Sequence record: DRR378314_606
Reading direction: 5' to 3' (one strand)
Length of the DNA: 20,000 nt
Both the position numbers and the translations under genes were made by a program. Within the stretch, counting starts at the first letter, position 1; every line of letters begins with the position of its first letter. The notes below the pieces were generated by a model. The model made no database searches. It was not told where the DNA came from and saw only the letters and a program-made list of their open reading frames with translations. Shown here piece by piece: positions 1 to 8,256 of this stretch.

Positions 1-73
1 GGGTAGTAATATCAAAAGCTATTCCTAAAATAGAGGTGTCTCCTGTCTTGATTTTTCTAGACCATCTCCCTGT

Positions 74-2296
74 TTAGGATTTCAAAATTTTCTCTGGCGT
101 TATCGGCAGATCATAAATACGTATAGCATAGGCATTATAGATGGCATTGGCTATTGCCGCAGCCGTTGGCGGAACTGGGACTTCCCCGGCACCTTTGGCG
201 TCTTCGCTTGGGCGGTTGATAATGGCTACCTCCACTTCAGGGACTTCAGAAAATTTTAGAATGGGATATTTTATCCAATCTGTACTAGTTATTTCTGTTG
301 TATTGAACGTCACCTCCTCTTTTAGGGTCCAGCTGGCTGCCTGCATCATCCCGCCTTCAATTTGATTGGTGAGTCCATCCATATTGATTACCTCCCCTAC
401 GTCTACCGCTGCCCACATTTTAATAAGACCCACATTACCGTTATTTTTATCCACCGTAACCTTGGCCGCAACGGCAATATAGGCGTCCGTATTTTTATAC
501 CTCATAAAGGCATACCCAATCCCTTTGCCATCCTCGTTATTTTGTGTGCTGGTAAGGGCTTGCACTTTTTGGATTACCGCTATGGCCCTTTCATCTTCCA
601 AGTGGTTTAGTCGGAATTCCAAGGGGTCTTGGCCTGCCTTTTCGGCCAAAGTGTCCATAAACGATTCTATGGCAAAAATATTGGTAAACGATCCTAGGCT
701 ACGCAAAGAGGATGTGCGAAAGGGTCCATCATAGTAGTGTGCATTCACGGTAATATCGGGAATGCCGTAATATGGATCGGCATTTCTATGTCCTCCTCCC
801 AAATACCCTCTCGACTTCATCTGGTATGGGTTTTCCAAATACCTGGCGGCCAATACCGTTCCGGCATCCTTGTTCGGGCGTGTGCTATGGGAGTCGGTCC
901 ACACCTCGGTTTTCCATGAGTTTATTTTATTGTTTTTATCCAGACTGGCTTCCAATTCGGTGATCATGGCCGGACCATAGGGATCCCACAAGTGCTCATC
1001 ATGTCTGGACCATTGCACCCTAATATGGGTATTGGGGTATTCGATGGCCAAAAGTGCTGCATCGGCCGCGGCATCATCGGCAGTGCTATGGCCAAAACAC
1101 CCTGCTCCAGGGACACTCTTAATATGAATTTTATCGGGTTCCATATTCAACATGGTCGCCAAGGCTTCCCTCATGGGATATATTCCTTGACTGTGGGACC
1201 AGATATGCAATATTTCACCATCAAACATCGCTATTCCACAGGCGGGGCCCATAGAGGCGTGCTTAATATAGGGTTTCGTATATGTTGCTTTAAGGGTTTT
1301 AGTGCCTTCAAATGCTGCTGCCACATCACCTTCGTTTTTCACTGTTTCCGGGCTGGAGGCAATCAATTTAATATGTGCGTAGAGATTTTCAGATTTAGCG
1401 AAGGGTATGGGGGCCGTCCATATCGAGTGGTCCTTCAGGTATTGTTCCGCCTTTACGGCTTGGTATTCCCTTTCAGTAATTACGCCCACAAAACTTCCTT
1501 TTCTTACCGTTTTAATGATTCCTGAAACTTCTGATTTTAAACCGGTGTCATCCAAAGAAATCAGTTGGGAAGTATATCTCGGAGGTCTCACCACTCTGGC
1601 ATGCACCATACCGGGGAAGCGCAGGTCTTGAATGTAGGTCGACTGCCCCCTTACCATTTCTTCTATATCTGGTCTTGGTATGGCTTTGCCAACAAAGCGA
1701 TGTTCCCTGTTGTCTTTTATGGGAATTGGAAGCATTACTTCTTTTTCTATCTGTTCGCCATCAAGTATCTCGGCAAAAGTCAAGGATTCTTTGTTTTGTT
1801 TAGATTTAACTAGGCCGTTGTAAAGCAATAGATTATCAACAGCAGTATTCAGTTTTTTACTCGCCAAGAGCAATAATTCCTGTCTAGCTGTAGCTGCTGC
1901 ATAGCGAACAGACATGGCACTGTTCTGAATGGAAGCGCTGGCACCGGTATAGCCCTCATTAGGGGTGACACCAGTCTCTGCCAGATGAACTTGTACCTTC
2001 TTCAGATCCATATCCAGTTCTTCGGCGGCCACCTGCTGGATAGCAGTGCGGATGCCCTGTCCCAATTCTACTTTTCCAGATAGTACCCTAATGGTGCCAT
2101 CCTCCAATATTTCCAACCAGGCGTTTACGGTTTTGGCACGGCCCATACTGCCTGGTAGTTTCCCATCATAATCTAGTCGGGCGGCCATTATGGGGTCTTC
2201 CACACCCGAGCAGGCTCCAAACAATGTAAATCCCACGCTGATATAGCCCAAGTCTTTGATAAATTTTCTTCTGGTTGTAAGTGGTATTGCTGTCAT
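74..2296 (-). CDS. Xanthine oxidase family molybdopterin-binding large subunit (isoquinoline 1-oxidoreductase beta / nicotinate dehydrogenase B-like), predicted Tat-exported lipoprotein
   Basis: 740-aa ORF. The N-terminal twin-arginine motif TRRKFIK is followed by a hydrophobic stretch and lipobox-like LFGAC. Family motifs include GKVELGQGIRTA..Q..AEEL, GAGCFGH, SLRSLG, AIESFMD.LA...G.DPLEFRL, NQIEGG and the C-terminal KGAGEVPVPP carrying the conserved catalytic Glu. It lies next to a [2Fe-2S] subunit gene. Confidence 0.92.
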   Translation of the reverse strand: MTAIPLTTRRKFIKDLGYISVGFTLFGACSGVEDPIMAARLDYDGKLPGSMGRAKTVNAWLEILEDGTIRVLSGKVELGQGIRTAIQQVAAEELDMDLKKVQVHLAETGVTPNEGYTGASASIQNSAMSVRYAAATARQELLLLASKKLNTAVDNLLLYNGLVKSKQNKESLTFAEILDGEQIEKEVMLPIPIKDNREHRFVGKAIPRPDIEEMVRGQSTYIQDLRFPGMVHARVVRPPRYTSQLISLDDTGLKSEVSGIIKTVRKGSFVGVITEREYQAVKAEQYLKDHSIWTAPIPFAKSENLYAHIKLIASSPETVKNEGDVAAAFEGTKTLKATYTKPYIKHASMGPACGIAMFDGEILHIWSHSQGIYPMREALATMLNMEPDKIHIKSVPGAGCFGHSTADDAAADAALLAIEYPNTHIRVQWSRHDEHLWDPYGPAMITELEASLDKNNKINSWKTEVWTDSHSTRPNKDAGTVLAARYLENPYQMKSRGYLGGGHRNADPYYGIPDITVNAHYYDGPFRTSSLRSLGSFTNIFAIESFMDTLAEKAGQDPLEFRLNHLEDERAIAVIQKVQALTSTQNNEDGKGIGYAFMRYKNTDAYIAVAAKVTVDKNNGNVGLIKMWAAVDVGEVINMDGLTNQIEGGMMQAASWTLKEEVTFNTTEITSTDWIKYPILKFSEVPEVEVAIINRPSEDAKGAGEVPVPPTAAAIANAIYNAYAIRIYDLPITPEKILKS

Positions 2297-2308
2297 GGCA
2301 GATGTAAA

Positions 2309-2773
2309 TTATAGGCTTTTGGCTGCGGTCTTAATAGCTCGGATGATCCTAGTATGGGTTCCGCAGCGACAGAGGTTACCCTGCAGTGCAGTTTTGATTT
2401 CCATCTCATCTGGGTTTGGGTTGGAATTTAAAAGTCCAACCGCGGTCATCACCATACCATTGAGGCAATAACCGCATTGGGCAGCCTGCTCGTCCACAAA
2501 AGCCTGCTGCACGGCATGTAGCTTACCTTTATTGGTAGTAAGTCCTTCCAAGGTGATTATTTCAGCATCCCCAATAGAGGATATTGGAATCATACAGCTG
2601 TTGATGGACTTTCCGTTCACGAGGATTTTGCACGACCCACATTGTGCAAGTCCACAACCAAATTTTGGACCATTAAGTTCCAGATAGTCTCGTAGGACAT
2701 ATAGTAAAGGGGTGTCGGCTTCAGTCTCGACCATTTTTTGGGAACTGTTGACGTTGAGGTGGTAGGTTGGCAT
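2309..2773 (-). CDS. [2Fe-2S]-binding small subunit of a Mo-hydroxylase (IorA/NicA/CoxS-like)
   Basis: 154 aa with TPLLYVLRD, GPKFGCGLAQCGSC...C (first cluster) and QCGYC...NLCRCGT (second cluster). It ends 12 bp before the large-subunit start on the same strand. Confidence 0.95.
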   Translation of the reverse strand: MPTYHLNVNSSQKMVETEADTPLLYVLRDYLELNGPKFGCGLAQCGSCKILVNGKSINSCMIPISSIGDAEIITLEGLTTNKGKLHAVQQAFVDEQAAQCGYCLNGMVMTAVGLLNSNPNPDEMEIKTALQGNLCRCGTHTRIIRAIKTAAKSL

Positions 2774-2790
2774 GGTAATTTGTTTAGCTT

Positions 2791-2821
2791 CTAAGATAAT
2801 GAATTGCTTTTCTAAAACAAA
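2791..2821 (-). promoter_or_regulatory. Putative Bacteroidota primary-sigma promoter for the Mo-enzyme operon
   Basis: The minus strand reads TTTG-N19-TATCTTAG. This fits the Bacteroidota -33 TTTG / -7 TAnnTTTG consensus with one mismatch and canonical spacing, 17 nt upstream of the ATG at 2773. Confidence 0.6.
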
Positions 2822-2850
2822 TGACCGTGCAATCTAGAAAGTAGGAATTT

Positions 2851-4311
2851 TTATCGCAGACTTTTTTCTTTGATTTTCTGTTGTTCAAAAGCGGAATCGT
2901 ATTCTGGATTGCTTTGGCTTGGAACCTTGGCATTGGTTGTGGCACGCCATTCCATTAGTTTCTTACGGAGTTCCTGTGTTTTATCCGGATTTTGTTCGGC
3001 AACATTATTTTCTTCACTTGGGTCATCTATTAAATTGAAAAGTTCCAACGCGCCATCTTCAAAATATTCATGCAGTTTCCAATCGCCCGAAATAACTACT
3101 GAGCCAGGACGGGTACGGAACAATGGGTCGCGACTACCATCCTGTAAACCGTGGTATTCCTGAAGGTAGATAGGAAAATGAAAGAATAGGTCCCTTTCCA
3201 CTTGGGATTTGTCCTCAAAAATGGGTTTGAGGTCAATTCCGTCCAGTAGCAGAGCCTTTTTCTCTGGGCTTACAATATTTTGTATGGTGGGGTAAAAGTC
3301 CAGATTGCTTACACGGGCGGCAGAGCTGGAATTGGGTTCTATTTTTCCAGGCCATTTTATCAGTAAAGGTACGCGTATTCCTCCTTCATAATAAGAACCT
3401 TTTCCTGCACGTAAGGGGTTTTGTTCGGATATGGCCCTAATGCCACCATTGTCCGAGGTAAATATTACCAAAGTATTCTTTTCCAGTCCGTTTGCTTTTA
3501 GTGAGGAAAGTAGTTTGCCCACGTTTTCATCCATAGAGGCCACCATAGCGGCATAATCGGCCCTGTTTTGTCCATTGGATCCCTTTTTGTCCTTAAATTT
3601 TTCAATCAGTTCCTCTTTACCCATAATTGGGGTATGTACGGTATAGTAGGGGAGGTAGAGAAAAAAGGTGGTGTCCTTGTATTTTTCTACAAAAGAGATG
3701 GCCTCTTTGGTAATGCGGTCCGTTAAATACTCCCCATCGGGGCCATTGGTGATATGATCTATTTTATATGGCGAAAAGTAGCCCCCGCTTCCTGGGTTTC
3801 CTCTGGCACTTCCGCCAACATTTACATCTATCCCCTGTTCTTTAGGGTCGTTCCCTACGTGCCATTTCCCGAAACTTCCGGTAATATATCCGGCCGATTT
3901 AAGCATGTTGGGGAGTGTGTATATGCTGTCATTTAGATGGTCCGTATTTTTTACAGGGACAAGTTTTCGTGTCTTTGGATTGCCCCTATCCGAAGGGCTC
4001 ACTGTATAAACGCCGTGTCGCGGAGTATTAAGTCCGGATAGGAGGCAGGCACGGCTGGGGGCGCAATTTGCCGCTCCTGCGTAAGCATTGTAAAATACCA
4101 TACCTTCTTTGGCCAAAGCGTCCAAATGGGGTGTTTCATAATACTCACTGCCCATAAACCCTAAATCCTTCCAGCCCAAATCATCTACATTTATTAGAAC
4201 TATATTGGGAAGTGCCTTGTTTGGCTCGTTCTCTTTTGGGGATTTGCAGGAGTGTATGGAATAGATTATTGCCAAAACGACAATAATGGCGTGATGTATT
4301 GAGTGCTTCAT
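2851..4311 (-). CDS. Family S1 formylglycine-dependent sulfatase, Cys-type, lipoprotein
   Basis: Motifs are PNIVLINVDDLGW, YETPHLDALA, the signature CAPSRACLLSG, GKWHVG, FTSDNGG and GKGSYYEGGIRVP. The ATG at 4311 gives signal peptide MKHSIHHAIIVVLAIIYSIHSC with a lipobox Cys. The upstream in-frame ATG at 4332 is an alternative start. Confidence 0.93.
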   Translation of the reverse strand: MKHSIHHAIIVVLAIIYSIHSCKSPKENEPNKALPNIVLINVDDLGWKDLGFMGSEYYETPHLDALAKEGMVFYNAYAGAANCAPSRACLLSGLNTPRHGVYTVSPSDRGNPKTRKLVPVKNTDHLNDSIYTLPNMLKSAGYITGSFGKWHVGNDPKEQGIDVNVGGSARGNPGSGGYFSPYKIDHITNGPDGEYLTDRITKEAISFVEKYKDTTFFLYLPYYTVHTPIMGKEELIEKFKDKKGSNGQNRADYAAMVASMDENVGKLLSSLKANGLEKNTLVIFTSDNGGIRAISEQNPLRAGKGSYYEGGIRVPLLIKWPGKIEPNSSSAARVSNLDFYPTIQNIVSPEKKALLLDGIDLKPIFEDKSQVERDLFFHFPIYLQEYHGLQDGSRDPLFRTRPGSVVISGDWKLHEYFEDGALELFNLIDDPSEENNVAEQNPDKTQELRKKLMEWRATTNAKVPSQSNPEYDSAFEQQKIKEKSLR

Positions 4312-4349
4312 ATTTAGGAAGGTATTTGGCATATAACTTTATATCCAGT

Positions 4350-4380
4350 TAAATATAATAAGTCCATAGGTAGTAGCATA
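4350..4380 (-). promoter_or_regulatory. Possible promoter for the minus-strand sulfatase
   Basis: The minus strand reads TATG-N19-TATATTTA, a degenerate match to TTTG-N19-21-TAnnTTTG in the divergent intergenic region. Confidence 0.35.
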
Positions 4381-4437
4381 ATTTTTAATTACTTTGGGGT
4401 GAGGTATTCTTGCCCCAATGTAATTGATAATAACACC

Positions 4438-5928
4438 ATGACTAAAAAATTTCTCCATTTAGGATTACTTATATTCCTTATTTCCTGTGCATTTGCATGC
4501 AAAAACAAAGGTCAGCTAACTGAGGCCTCCAAAACAGACAGCACTCAGGAAAATGTAGCCAAACCCAATATTATTTACATCTTGGCCGATGACTTGGGTT
4601 ATGGGGATTTAAGTGCCTATGGACAGCAAAAGTTTACAACACCCAACATAGATAAATTGGCTAGGCAAGGAATGCTTTTTACCGAACATTATTCCGGGAG
4701 TACGGTATGTGCCCCGTCTAGATCTGCATTGTTGACAGGTATGCACACAGGACATACCTTTGTACGTGGCAATAAGGAAATACAACCAGAGGGGCAGTAT
4801 CCCATACCCGATAATACCTACACCTTGGCGGAGGCCATGAAAAAAGCTGGCTATGCCACTGGAGTTTTTGGTAAATGGGGGCTAGGATATCCAGGTTCGG
4901 AAGGGGATCCATTGAACCAAGGCTTCGATACTTTTTTTGGATACAATTGCCAACGCCTGGGGCATAATTACTACCCCCGCCACCTATGGGCCAATACGGA
5001 CTCTTTAGTTCTGGAAGAAAATGCAGGAACAAAGAAAGGGATTTATGCACCACAACTTATACATGAAAAAACGCTCGATTTTATTGAGTTCAATAAGGAT
5101 AATTCCTTCTTTCTTTATGTAGCATCTATTATACCACATGCAGAGCTTGCAGCTCCAGAGGAAATCATGAAAAAATACAGAGGTAAATTTCCTCCTGAAA
5201 AAGCTTATGAAGGGGTGGATGATGGACCGGAATACAGAAATGGTCCTTACGAATCACAGAAAGAAACCCATGCCGCATTTGTGTCTATGATTCATATATT
5301 GGACAATCAAGTTGGGGAGATCATGGCCAAATTGGAACAGTTGGGCATTGCCGACAATACCATAGTTATGTTTACCTCGGACAACGGTCCCCACACTGAA
5401 GGAGGTGCCGATCCTGATTATTTTAATAGCAACGGTCCATTTAAGGGTACCAAGCGGGATCTTTATGAAGGAGGAATCCGGGTTCCCTTCATTGTTAAGT
5501 GGCCAGGACATGTTGCCCCTAATACCAGAACCGATCATGTATCTGCATTCTGGGATGTGTTTCCAACATTTGCGGGCATCGCCGATATGGAAGTTCCCAA
5601 TTCCTTGGATGGTGTTTCCTTTTTGCCTACCCTTTTGGGGCAGGACGAAGAACAACAGGAACATGAATATTTGTATTGGGAGTTTCATGAAAAAGGAGGG
5701 CGACAAGCGATCCGAAAAGGGAATTGGAAGGCAGTAAAATATAACGTATTCAATCCGTCCGGTTCGCCAATTGAACTTTACGACCTGAATTCGGACGTGG
5801 GCGAGGAGAATAACTTGGCAAAGGATTATCCGGAAATTGTTGCCGATATGAAATTGCTTTTTAAGGAAGCTAGGACACCGTCTGAAGTTTTTACTTTTGG
5901 TCAGGGGACCTACTTGAATGTAAAATAA
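4438..5928 (+). CDS. Family S1 arylsulfatase-like sulfatase, Cys-type, lipoprotein (tentatively S1_20-like)
   Basis: Motifs are PNIIYILADDLGYGD, TPNIDKLA, CAPSRSALLTGMHTGH, GKWGLG, FTSDNGPH and KRDLYEGGIRVP. The ATG at 4438 gives MTKKFLHLGLLIFLISCAFAC, a lipoprotein signal, and is preferred over the GTG at 4399. The subfamily guess rests on recalled HTGH/GKWGLG motifs only. Confidence 0.93.
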   Translation: MTKKFLHLGLLIFLISCAFACKNKGQLTEASKTDSTQENVAKPNIIYILADDLGYGDLSAYGQQKFTTPNIDKLARQGMLFTEHYSGSTVCAPSRSALLTGMHTGHTFVRGNKEIQPEGQYPIPDNTYTLAEAMKKAGYATGVFGKWGLGYPGSEGDPLNQGFDTFFGYNCQRLGHNYYPRHLWANTDSLVLEENAGTKKGIYAPQLIHEKTLDFIEFNKDNSFFLYVASIIPHAELAAPEEIMKKYRGKFPPEKAYEGVDDGPEYRNGPYESQKETHAAFVSMIHILDNQVGEIMAKLEQLGIADNTIVMFTSDNGPHTEGGADPDYFNSNGPFKGTKRDLYEGGIRVPFIVKWPGHVAPNTRTDHVSAFWDVFPTFAGIADMEVPNSLDGVSFLPTLLGQDEEQQEHEYLYWEFHEKGGRQAIRKGNWKAVKYNVFNPSGSPIELYDLNSDVGEENNLAKDYPEIVADMKLLFKEARTPSEVFTFGQGTYLNVK

Positions 5929-5932
5929 AAAT

Positions 5933-5945
5933 AGTTAGTTTAGTT
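5933..5945 (+). repeat. Intergenic motif AGTTAGTTTAGTT, copy 1
   Basis: This exact 13-mer also occurs at 19977..19989. It lies between the sulfatase stop codon and its hairpin. Confidence 0.7.
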
Positions 5946-5948
5946 TTG

Positions 5949-5985
5949 AAAAAAGAGCCCTTATGTCATATTTGGGGTCCTTTTT
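5949..5985 (+). terminator. Probable intrinsic terminator after the second sulfatase
   Basis: Imperfect inverted repeat AAAAAAGAGCCC-ttatgtcatattt-GGGGTCCTTTTT, starting 20 nt after the stop codon and ending in a T run. Confidence 0.55.
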
Positions 5986-6124
5986 ATCTTTAAGATCTTT
6001 ACTTGTAGTCATTTTTCGTAGCAGATAAGTAATTTGTAGATATGGAAGAGTGTGATTTATTTTTAAATTGAAGTAATAATTTTAGATATTGGGGCTTGTT
6101 TGCTAAATCCTATTATCTAATCTT

Positions 6125-7504
6125 ATGAGAAAACTACTTTTTTGTTTTAGTCTTGTTTCGGTGTTTTTACATTTTCAATACGTTATTGGGCAGTCCCTTC
6201 GCATTAGCGAAAATGGAAGATTTATTGAAAAGTCAAATGCTACGCCTTTCTTTTATCTGGGAGATACGGCTTGGGAATTGTTCCACAGATTGGACATTGG
6301 GGAGGCGGAGTATTATCTAAATAATAGGGCAGATAAAGGTTTTACGGTTATACAAGCAGTTATTTTATCAGAACTGAACGGTATTTCCGTACCTAATGCC
6401 AATGGGGACCTGCCCTTATTCAATAAAGACCCAAAAAGACCCAATGAAGCTTATTTTAAACATGTAGACGCCATAGTGGATAAGGCAAGTTCTTTGGGAT
6501 TGGTTATGGGAATGCTTCCCACCTGGGGCAGTTATTGGAGTTCCCTAAGTGAAAAGGACATCATTTTTACAGCAGAAAGTGCTGAGGAATTTGGACTGTT
6601 TTTAGGGAAAAGATATAAGGATAAACCTGTTATTTGGATATTGGGTGGAGATAGAAATATACGAACGGAAAATGATCGCAAGATTGTGGAGGCAATGGCG
6701 CAAGGGCTGAAGCAGGGGTGTAATGACCAACAGCTTATCACTTTTCATCCCAGGGGACCCGGAATGTCGTCGGATTATTTTCATGATGCCGAATGGCTTG
6801 ATTTTAATATGTATCAATCTTCCCATGGTCAACATGGGCATGACAACGGACTTTATGCAGAGCATGATTATGCCCTAGAGCCTATAAAACCAACCTTGGA
6901 TGGAGAACCGAGATACGAAAGTATACCGGTAGGGTTTTATTTTAAAGGTACGGATCCAAAGGATCGCTTTGACGATTATGACGCACGGCAGGCGGCCTAT
7001 TGGTCGGTTTTTGCAGGGGCTTGCGGACATACCTATGGGAATAATAATATTTGGCAGATGTATTCGCCCGACAATAGTCCAATTATTGGGGCCGCAATAC
7101 CGTGGAAAGATGCCTTGGACCATCCTGGGGCCTTTCAAATGAAACATCTTAGAACCTTAATGGAGGCACGTTCCTTTTCTAAATTGACTCCCAAGCCCGA
7201 GTTGATCAAAAATAGCATGGAAATAAATGGTGAGCCCACAAGGGCGGTATTGGCACTGGATGCCTCTTTTGCAATGATCTATACCCCCAGGGGAAAGGCC
7301 TTTACGGTGGACAAGGGAATGATTTCAGGTTTAAATAAAAAGGCTATTTGGTACGATCCCAGATATGGAGTGTCCCATCATTTGGGCACTTCCGACACTG
7401 ATGGTATTCAGACCTATAAGCCGCCTACTTCTGGAAGAGGGCAGGATTGGATCCTGATCTTGGAAAACGCCGATCTCAATTTGCCAATGCCGGGTTTTCA
7501 TTGA
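6125..7504 (+). CDS. GH140-family apiosidase-like glycoside hydrolase (DUF4038 catalytic domain plus C-terminal beta domain), secreted
   Basis: 459 aa with a Sec-type signal peptide. Motifs PFFYLGDTAW, KGFTVIQAV, WILGGD, ITFHPRG, WLDFNMYQSSHG, KPTLDGEPRYE, GHTYG and C-terminal WYDPR...DWILIL are typical of DUF4038/GH140 proteins such as BT1012. Confidence 0.85.
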   Translation: MRKLLFCFSLVSVFLHFQYVIGQSLRISENGRFIEKSNATPFFYLGDTAWELFHRLDIGEAEYYLNNRADKGFTVIQAVILSELNGISVPNANGDLPLFNKDPKRPNEAYFKHVDAIVDKASSLGLVMGMLPTWGSYWSSLSEKDIIFTAESAEEFGLFLGKRYKDKPVIWILGGDRNIRTENDRKIVEAMAQGLKQGCNDQQLITFHPRGPGMSSDYFHDAEWLDFNMYQSSHGQHGHDNGLYAEHDYALEPIKPTLDGEPRYESIPVGFYFKGTDPKDRFDDYDARQAAYWSVFAGACGHTYGNNNIWQMYSPDNSPIIGAAIPWKDALDHPGAFQMKHLRTLMEARSFSKLTPKPELIKNSMEINGEPTRAVLALDASFAMIYTPRGKAFTVDKGMISGLNKKAIWYDPRYGVSHHLGTSDTDGIQTYKPPTSGRGQDWILILENADLNLPMPGFH

Positions 7505-7538
7505 TTTCCGGCTGCTAATTATAAAGGTTGCTAAGACT

Positions 7539-8138
7539 TTACCCCAAAGAAGACCTTCTTTTTTGTTTTTTGAAATCGAAAAGTAAGAAAAACACAGCTT
7601 CCACTTTGGCACCCAGTTTTTCGGTAAGGATTTTAAAGGCACGGGTAATATGGCCCTCCACTGTTTTTGTAGAGATATTGAGGTATTCGGAGATTTCCGT
7701 ATGGGTTAGCCCCTCCTTTTTATTCATTAAAAATATTTCCTTGCATTTAGAGGGTAAATTGTCAATTTCGGCATTCATTAGTTTTATGAGACCTTCCAAT
7801 TCTACAGGTTCTATTTCCGCCACCACATCAATGGCCTCAAAATATTTTTTTTCCAAATAAAGTACGGGTTTATTTTTTCTATATTGACTTATAAACTCAT
7901 TATAAACAGATTTATACAAATAACTCTTGATGGATAAGTCTGGATTTATTTTTTTTCTTTTGACCCATATTCTAACAAATACATTTTGAACAATATCTTC
8001 GGCCAATGCGGGGTCATTGCATAAGGATTGGGCATATGCGCACAAGCGTTGGTAATATATATCCATTAAGAAATCGTAGGCTTTGCAGTCACCAGAAATT
8101 AATCTTTCGGCTAAATATTGGTTTTTTAGGTGGTCCAT
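7539..8138 (-). CDS. ECF RNA polymerase sigma-70 factor (Bacteroidota PUL type)
   Basis: 199 aa with region 2 AEDIVQNVFVRIW...SIKSYLYKSVYN and region 4 LPSKCKEIFLMNKKEGLTHTEISEYLNISTKTVEGHITRA. It is divergent from a FecR-type gene. Confidence 0.95.
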   Translation of the reverse strand: MDHLKNQYLAERLISGDCKAYDFLMDIYYQRLCAYAQSLCNDPALAEDIVQNVFVRIWVKRKKINPDLSIKSYLYKSVYNEFISQYRKNKPVLYLEKKYFEAIDVVAEIEPVELEGLIKLMNAEIDNLPSKCKEIFLMNKKEGLTHTEISEYLNISTKTVEGHITRAFKILTEKLGAKVEAVFFLLFDFKKQKRRSSLG

Positions 8139-8204
8139 TAAAATTGGTTATTCTCAATATTACAAATTTTTTTTTTTGAATATCGAAAAAAAATACACAA
8201 AAAA

Positions 8205-8233
8205 TAGAGGGGTATGTAAAATTTGAACGTATT
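8205..8233 (+). promoter_or_regulatory. Candidate ECF-sigma-dependent promoter for fecR-susC-susD
   Basis: TAGAGGGGTA...CGTATT lies in an otherwise very AT-rich 118-bp divergent spacer, 23 nt before the fecR ATG. A G-rich -35 with a CGT-containing -10 resembles ECF promoters. This is inference only. Confidence 0.35.
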
Positions 8234-8256
8234 AGATGCATAATTGTTGATTAAAG

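Noticed and set aside
1-73. Possible gene end or terminator at the left edge, including a short TCTCCTGT/TCTCCCTGT near-repeat
   Set aside because: There is too little sequence, with no convincing hairpin or recognisable reading frame.
74-2773. Specific naming as xdh, iorAB or nicAB
   Set aside because: Family membership is clear, but the substrate cannot be read from the motifs. The FAD subunit of xanthine dehydrogenase and the cytochrome c domains of Pseudomonas NicB are absent.
4399-4437. GTG start extending the second sulfatase
   Set aside because: The ATG at 4438 directly begins a typical lipoprotein signal peptide. The extension lies just after a -7-like element (TTACTTTG, 4389..4396) and is probably 5'UTR.
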